Program-made: the position numbers and the translations under genes | The notes under the pieces: model-generated | Database searches by the model: none | Told to the model about the DNA's origin: nothing | The model's input: only the letters and a program-made list of their open reading frames with translations | Part shown: positions 56,568 through 64,000 of the stretch, piece after piece | Numbering within the stretch: position 1 is the first letter of the stretch | Layout of the letters: every line of letters begins with the position of its first letter | Assembly (NCBI GenBank): GCA_964016885.1 | Contig: OZ024747.1 | Location: 41,292,001 to 41,356,000, forward strand | Reading direction: 5' to 3' | Length of the DNA stretch: 64,000 bases | From: Eledone cirrhosa | Taxonomy: Eukaryota

Positions 56568-56664
56568 ATTATTCACAATACCGAATAAATACAACAGCCA
56601 AGGAAATATATTCTCTTTGTATTAAATCTCTGTTGCTACTAACACGCCTGGTTCCATGAGAGTC

Positions 56665-56938
56665 TAAAGCCTGTCTAGAGCCCAGTCTCATCAGGCTGGT
56701 GTTTATCTCGGTTTCCGTGGCGTTCTGAAGCGACTGAGAGTACTGGACAGGACGCCAGTCCGTTGCAGGGTTAAAACCCCGGGTATTGCTGTTAAGCATT
56801 TTCAGCTGAGTATGCTGGAGCAACATTGAAATGAAGTGGTTTTCTCAAGAACACAACACACAACCCTGTCCAGGAAGCAAACCCACCACATTATGATCGT
56901 AAGCCCAACACCCTTAACAATAGTTCACGCACCTCCAC
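56665..56938 (-). mobile_element. SINE of a third family (CORE-like central domain)
   Basis: Minus strand: tRNA-like head, gtgttgtgttcttgagaaaaccactt, then gcaacggactggcgtcctgtccag..gccacggaaaccg. A related head lies at 51430-51530. Confidence 0.6.
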
Positions 56939-57854
56939 TAAGCTGTTTATTTTTAAATTTTCAGATTTATCTAAAAACCTTCCATCATAATTTTATTTTG
57001 AAATTTTTCTTAAGTTCCAAACACCAGCTTAATACTGAGTTGACCTCAGTACAATTTGAACACAGAATATAAAGAGCCGAAACAAATGCCGCAAAGCATT
57101 TTATTAAATACTCTAATGATTCTAACAATCCACCTCACTTATTCAGTAAAATAATTGTTTCTAATTTGAGCACAAGTATTTGACTGGAACTTATTTTATC
57201 GACCTCGAATCGATGAAAAGTGAAGGTTGTAAAAAGCCAAAACAAATACTACGAAGCATTTTTCCGTTGCTCTACTAATCCATCGCCCTTATTCAGGGAA
57301 ATTCATTATTTTTATATATAAATATTAGCTAGATATAGATATTGTGCGTGTGCTTGTGCGCGTATATGTATATGTGCATGGGTGTATTTTTTCCAACTGT
57401 AGATTTTATATCATGTACAATAAAATACTTATGTTAGTGCTTATATATCAGAAGATATATAGCATACGTTAAAATGTACATATCCAATTGTCGCAGGAAA
57501 TAAATGCACAATTAGTATTAGAAGAGAAGTAGCATTTGTATGCTGTTAGTTTAAATGTTGAAAGCTTCTATTTTACAATATACTTTTATGGAACGGATAA
57601 ATTTTCTTAGACGGTGAATATCGTGGTTAGCATATCACGCATATTATTGAAAACTTGATAGAGACGTGGTAAGAAGAAACACAATCACAATGAATCTTGT
57701 CTGAGGGAAAATCTATCGAATCTGCACTACAGACTTCCTTGGTTTTGAGGAGCTAAAATATATCATTAGGAGATCGTTGAATTTGATTAAATAAATGACG
57801 CTGTTGTGAAGTTACTGGAATCACACTGTGATAAAATCATTGTAAAGAAATAAT

Positions 57855-57982
57855 TGTTTCTACTTTTGGCACAAGGCCAGCAATTACCCAGTACATTACT
57901 GGTACTTTATTTTATCGACCCCGTAACGATGAAAGGCAAAGTTAACCTTGGCGGGATTTGAACTCAGATCGTAAAGGGGCGT
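57855..57982 (-). mobile_element. 5'-truncated SINE with 10-bp TSD
   Basis: TSD AAGAAATAAT at 57845-57854 and 57983-57992. Confidence 0.88.
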
Positions 57983-58114
57983 AAGAAATAATGACGATCT
58001 CGAGGAAATAAAACATCGCCATGCTGAAGAAGACGAAGTTGATAAGAGTGGGGATACAGTACCCGCCATTAGTTTTAACAACTAAAGATTTATCTGAGAA
58101 GTTTCAGTTTTTAG

Positions 58115-58420
58115 ATATATATGGACTCATAACTCCTGTTGGAATCGTAGAGGCGCTGTAGGATTATACTACGTGTCTTGGGTATTTCAAACTGGGCCGA
58201 CCCATTCCTTTCCAGGTCTGAACCCAACCGATTTTTTCCATAGCGAAAGAAAGACGAAGTGAGAAAGAGATATGGAGGAAAATTTCGCTCCAGTACTGAA
58301 CTGTTACTTTTGATCGACCTCGAAAGGATGATAAACAAGTTTCACCTCGGCGGGGTTTGAACTCAAAGCGCAGAGAGGCGAAACGAATAACGCCAATCAT
58401 TCTATCTGACGTACTAATGA
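58115..58420 (-). mobile_element. Old SINE with extended 3' region
   Basis: Homologous to 51090-51410 and 62680-62965. Confidence 0.6.
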
Positions 58421-59047
58421 TTCTGCCAATTCGCCGGCTTAAATTTTTAGATAGATTTATGGCTATGGCTTTACACGGAAAACGATCCGGCAAGGGAGAG
58501 CGGTTCAGCAATAAACATGTTGATTCAACTGCTACAAGAGATTATAAAAATACAAAAAAAATGTACAACAAACAATTCAGCTTATATATAAATGTTAGAC
58601 TCAAACCCTTTGGAAGGGGGACACATTATATTCCTGGTACATATTCTACTGCAACTAGGGTGGCATAAAGGCAAAACGGCCCCAGTAATATTTGAACTCA
58701 CAATGTGCTTCAATGTTTAATATTAGAAGTGTTTTTGAGTCTGTATGTAATACTTTGGTGACTGGGTTACTATAGAAACGTTGTTCTTGTTTATATTATT
58801 AAGCCTATGGCGGGCGGTGGATTAGCGGGATCGTAAAATCAGTGGACAAAATGTTTAGTAGAATTTGTTCAGGCTTTTTTTGTTCTGATGGCTGAAAGCA
58901 GATTTGTTTGCTTTCAAGAAACCACTGGTAAATGAAATAATTATCTTATGTTGTTTATTACATAACTAATAAGCTCTGTAACCTACATAGAGCACTCTTT
59001 TTTCCTGGACCTTTCCGACGGAATTACTTCATTCACACATATATATT

Positions 59048-59084
<37 letters not shown>

Positions 59085-59845
59085 GGAGAAAAAATTTACG
59101 AAATGGAAATGCGGGTATATAGAATTTATTAGGTAACAATTGTTTCTATAGTGCATGAGTTACCTATACCTCGCTATTTGAATAATACACAAATATTATC
59201 AAAAACCGAAAGTACACTGTAAGCCAACACACCATGTCATCAGACCTTTGTATTAGAATGATATGAAAATATTTTATACACTAGATAAAAGATAAAGAAG
59301 GAGGTAGGAAGAGAAGGGGAAGAGGGAAGTGAGTAAGGTGGAGGGAGTCTTAGGGTTTAAGACTGTCAGACTAGTAGAGATTGTGAAGAGAGAATGTTTT
59401 GGCAGCAGTTAGCTTAATGAGGCGTGCTAAGGTTGGCTGGGAAGTAGATACTTCTAGTAGTGTTGTTTGGACAAAATTTAGTTAGAGGAGTCAAAGTGGT
59501 ACAATGTCACAGACAAGTTATTAGGGCTATTATAGTAGCAGGTTATTTCTAAAGGGGTCCAGAAAAACAGTGTTTAGTACTATTATTATAGAAAGCCATA
59601 TCTAGTGTATAAACATATAAGACAGAAATTTGCAAACGTTGGTGTAAAAAGGTAACATTATATGCATTTAAAAAAAGAAAAAGTCGTTTTCAAACGATGG
59701 TTACAGTATAGAGAACGTTCAATTTTGCTGTTCAAAAGTTTGTTTACCGACGTTAAAATGCAGTATATCTCTAAATTGCATAACTTGCAGAATCGATGAT
59801 TTTGCTGATATGCAGGCGCAGCTGCAATAATTTGCCAATCATATA
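59085..59845 (-). mobile_element. 5'-truncated Penelope-like element (endonuclease C-terminus, 3' UTR, hammerhead)
   Basis: WQIIAAAPAYQQNHRFCKLCNLEIYCI..LLNSKIE..CNH matches the C-terminus of the 3385-4640 element. The 3' end joins (TA)n. Confidence 0.8.
59131..59247 (-). ncRNA. Type I hammerhead ribozyme with long stem II insert
   Basis: Minus strand: aggt-CTGATGA-c atggtgtgt[~70 nt]atgcactat a-GAAAC aatt GTT^-acct-AATAAA. The closing pair of stem II is mismatched. Confidence 0.6.
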
Positions 59846-59929
59846 TAACGAAGGAGTTGGGGTAAGGAACCAGATGGACCATAACATAAATATATATATA
59901 AATAACATAAATATATATATAAATATATA

Positions 59930-60530
59930 TATTAATAATAACATTCGATTCGGTTGCAATTTTGCAAACAAGCCTCAAACAAGGCTTGCAAACAAGGCTT
60001 GTTTGAAAAATTGCAAACGAATCGAATGTTATTATTAATATTCGAAAAACTCAGATTACATTTATTGTATTCAGCCATGTAGAGCGAAATTTTCTTTTTT
60101 ATTTGAATTTGGCAGAGCCGGCCATTTATCGCTCGTATACAGGAAACTGACTGGCCAATCTGCTGATATGCAAATCTGGCTGATCAGTGGATCTGCTAAT
60201 ATGCAGATCTGACTGATCAACCAGTCTGCTAATATGCAAATCAGGCCGATCAGTCACTGTGTATTTTTGAAATTAGCATATATTTTCACTAGCTCTGACA
60301 GTTGGCAGGTGAACAGTGAGCTGTACTGATGAAGGGTGATACCCAGAAACATTAGTGTCTGCAGTTCTGTTCGCATGCCAACACAAGAGCAAGAATGAAG
60401 TGTTCATTCTACTGACATAGCTATAAAATTGAGGCTTAATTGCAAACGAATCGAATGTTATTAATATTCGAAAAGCTCAGATTACATTTATTGTATTCAG
60501 CCATGTAGAGCGAAATTTTTCTTTTTTATA
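59930..60530 (+). mobile_element. Non-coding hammerhead module with direct terminal repeats and inverted 5' stub
   Basis: ~90-bp direct repeats at 60010-60100 and 60439-60528. Inverted copy at 59933-59975. Central hammerhead; flanked by TA tracts. Confidence 0.7.
60311..60372 (+). ncRNA. Type I hammerhead ribozyme with extended bulged stem I
   Basis: gaaca(gt)gagctgta-CTGATGA-a gggt gat accc a-GAA ACA ttag TGT C^-tgcagttctgttc. 13 bp of stem I pairing including two G.U pairs. Confidence 0.8.
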
Positions 60531-61714
60531 TATATATTTATTTATATATATATTTATATATATATATATTTATCTATAAACATGTATATTTATATATATG
60601 TATATATATGTATATATATATAGTCTGTTTTAAAAAGTGTTCATAAACGGAGAGAATTGTTCTTTTATATGCTTAAAGGTAAGTAATTACATTTGTACCC
60701 ATTTATCCTTGTCATTAATGAGAAATGCGTAGTATTTCTTACTTACTTGTAGCTTCTGGTAATTTTATATTTCAAATTGTCAATTTTAGTTTCAATATAC
60801 CATTCATTATCTATTCTTGTATGGCATGAAGACAACACGTTAGCATTTTTACCAAATTGTATATATAATTGTAAGAAATTAACAATTCGGATTTTTCCAC
60901 AGGATGAAATGTTAAATATGATTACTTTATACGTGTCTGAGGCTTTAATGTTTATGTCATTTCCATACACATCTTATTATTTTTTCGATTTCTTTATTCT
61001 TTCTTAATTGTATTTGCAGATTGATTTTAAACGTATTATATAGCCACCATGTCAGTGCCGTTAGAATGTCGAATATTCTTTCCAGTTCTCTGAATTCTGA
61101 GTTCAAATCCCACTGAATCCATATTCATTAACTATATTTTCCATATTTCTTGTACTTTAGGTTTATTGGATGTTGTGCTTAGTTCGCTAGAGACAAAAGG
61201 ATAAACGTTTTTTTTTTAAACACTGTAAGAAGAAACGGTAATATCCAAGACCATACAGAAAATGAAATTCTTCCTAACGTGTATCTAAAACGTGCTGCAC
61301 ACACAGCTTCTTCTGTGGAGGCATCTGTCAGTGAAGAGGAAATATTTATTTCCAGGTATGTACAAATACACAAAATATTATATGAAGGATGGAAAGAAAC
61401 TTTCTGATATTCATGCACTTATCTAGATTATTTTGAAACATAAATGAATTTCGTTTATTCTACCTTGAATTCGAAATGGAATCGTGAAGTCGTTTGACAC
61501 GGAGAATGAAGAACATGTGGAATGAGAAAAAAAATGATAGAAAATAAAAATGAAATTTTTCTTCATTTAAAAGCAGACATCAGATGTTGTTTTCCTGTCC
61601 ATAAAATTATCCATTTTCGTGTGACGAGTCGTAAATATTCATCGATAAATTACAAGATAGCAGACGACAAGGAATACTTTATTAGCAGATATTATGTCAT
61701 TCGGTGTCAGGACG

Positions 61715-61900
61715 ATGGATTGATAGAATCGTTAGAATATTGGACAAAATGCATTGAAGTACTTGTTCCAAGTCTTTAAATTCTGAGTTCAAATCCCACC
61801 GAGGTCAACTTTGCCTTTCATCCTTCCAGAGTCGAAAACATAAAATACTAGTCATGTGCTGAAGTCTTGCTGGCCTTGTGCCAAAATTAGAAAGCATTAT
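61715..61900 (+). mobile_element. Older tRNA-derived SINE
   Basis: gagttcaaatcccaccgaggtcaactttgcctttcatcc..ggccttgtgccaaaattagaaa. Further degenerate copies at ~57030-57300, 61035-61120 and 62135-62320. Confidence 0.75.
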
Positions 61901-63260
61901 GGGATTCGATGCCGTTGAACAGGAAGAGTGGGCAAAGCCATAATAGTCTGGTAATAATCCTACCATTCCCATCTATGTGGTCTGTTGGATAGAATAATGT
62001 GACTCTTTCGAAAGGAACAAATTAAACATCCCACGTGGAAATACTAAATTTTTTAAGTAAGCCAGAGCCTTGCTGGTCAAAATAAAATGGTCGGCTGGAT
62101 ATATTATATTGATTTTATTAGTTCATGGGATTATCAGTATCGATAGAGAGACGGGCAAAATGCTTTGAATATTTAGTTACAGATCTTTACGTTCTAAATT
62201 CAAATTTAGTCGAAGTCAACTTTGCCTTTCATCTTCGTGTGGTCGATAAAATAAAGTATCAGTTAAATATTAGTATCAGTTAAAAATTACTGACTTTATG
62301 CCAATGTTAGAAAGAATTTTTTCATAGGTTTATACTTTCAACTTTATTGAAGTCGTTTTGTTGTGCTCCGTGGCAGAAAAAAATATTTGTATGTCTTGGT
62401 TTGCCTAGGTGTAAGAAACAGAGACAGTAGGGTTACTGACAACGCAACTACCATTAGGAAGCGGCCAACTGGCAGCAACAGTAACAACAACACAAGTAGC
62501 AACATCAGGAACATCAACAGCAACACCAGCAGCAGCAACAATAGCAGCAGGAACAGCAACAGCCGCTGCTAGTATAATTGCAGTTGATGTAACACGTCCA
62601 GCAGTTATAAGCCTCAATAAAGTAATTCACCCACAATATACAGTTTACAATTAATAGTTACAGTAGCATGTGTAAAAGACAGCCAATTGGCAGAGCCATT
62701 AGAACGTCTGATAGAATGCTATGCGCTAGATTTTTTTTCCAGCCAGATCAACTTTGTCTTTAATCCTTTGGAGGTCGATAAAAAAAAGTCCTAGTCTAAT
62801 GCTGTGGTCGATACTTCCTATTTCTCAATTTCCTTCTTCTTTTCTGGAAGAAATAAGCTGTTCAGACCTGGAATGGAATGGGCTCCAACAAATTTAAAAT
62901 ACCGAAAATGTATGTCACTTCGACGCCCTTAAGGTTCCACAGGGGTTTAAATGTCCATACATACAAGCTAGTAACAGATTGACTTACTATCTTGAGTCAG
63001 ATATCATAGTACGAATAAAAGAAATACGTGAAAGGACTATATTCTCATTTTAGCACATAGTTTTAAGTTAATATTACGGGCATGTGGTTAGAATGTCTCA
63101 GAGAAGAATAGCTGGGAAGAATTGTTTTCGAGCAAAACCGAAAGCTCAGAGCCAGATCAAGTACTGCAAATTATTTGATATGGTTTTTTTAACAATGCCA
63201 CCAATCCACTGCTTCTGGACTGGTGCTTTATTAATCAATCTCGAAAAGATGAAACGCAAA

Positions 63261-63482
63261 GTTTACCTCGGCAAGATTTGAACTAGGAACGCAATGAGCC
63301 GGAATAAAGTCCAGGTTTACCTCGGCAACATTTGAACTAGGAGCGCAATGAGCCGGAATAAAGTCCATGTATACCTCGCCAAGATTTGAACTAGGAACGG
63401 AATGAGCCGGAATAAAGTCCAGGTTTACCTCGGCAACATTTAAACTAGGAGCGCAATGAGCCGGAATAAAGTCAAAGTTTAC
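63261..63482. repeat. 54-bp x4 minisatellite derived from the SINE B-box region
   Basis: gtttacctcggcaa.atttgaactagga.cgcaatgagccggaataaagtcca. starts at 63261, 63315, 63369 and 63423. Confidence 0.9.
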
Positions 63483-63535
63483 TTTTCCATTATTCGAAAC
63501 AAAATAACAGTGTTAACAGCGACAACGATAATAAT

Positions 63536-63919
63536 TGTTTCTACTTTTGGCACAAGGCCAGCAATTATCAGTACATTACTGGTACTTTATTTTATCGACC
63601 CCGTAAGGATGAAAGACAAAGTTAAACTCAGCGGGATTTGAACTCAGATCATATAGGGACATAACTCTATGCTTCAAAGCATGGTGTCCGACTCTCTACC
63701 GATACTGCCAAATGGTTTCTGATTTAGGCAAAAGGCCAACAGTTTGGGGTAAGGGAAAGTCTATTAAATCGATCCCAGTGTTACTGGGACTTTATTTTAT
63801 CGACTCCGTAAGGATGAAAGGAAAAGCTAACCGCAGCGGGATTTGAACGCAGAACCTAAAGGGCCGTAACTCTATGTCGCTAAGCATGTTCCTCTACCGA
63901 TACTGCCAATAACCCGCCC
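63536..63919 (-). mobile_element. Two tandem tRNA-derived SINEs
   Basis: Copies at 63536-63711 and 63714-63919, each with head, B-box and core. Confidence 0.88.
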
Positions 63920-64000
63920 TAACAACAATATCAATAATTAAAAACAACAGTGGCAGAACAGAGAAACTAGTGTCAGGAGAAACATGTATGAAATCTCAAG

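Overview
Eukaryotic, AT-rich, repeat-dominated DNA. The SINE families and microsatellite load suggest an octopod cephalopod (inference). About 29 kb (4643-33455) is a 21-bp satellite with multi-kb higher-order repeats and three copies of one internal inversion, flanked by two decayed Penelope-like (PLE, GIY-YIG) retroelements whose 3' ends face the array. The rest is (TA)n/(CA)n microsatellite seeded with tRNA-derived SINEs, RTE-class LINE fragments, mariner fragments, a non-autonomous Helitron, minisatellites and one plausible signal-peptide coding exon (45104-44807, minus). The most striking signal is a set of short PLE 3'-end modules sitting in (TA)n tracts that carry type I hammerhead ribozyme motifs: seven with intact catalytic cores plus several degenerate or half motifs. 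Three have long stem II inserts, and several are fold-back palindromes centred on the ribozyme stem II loop. All ribozyme calls are by eye and untested.
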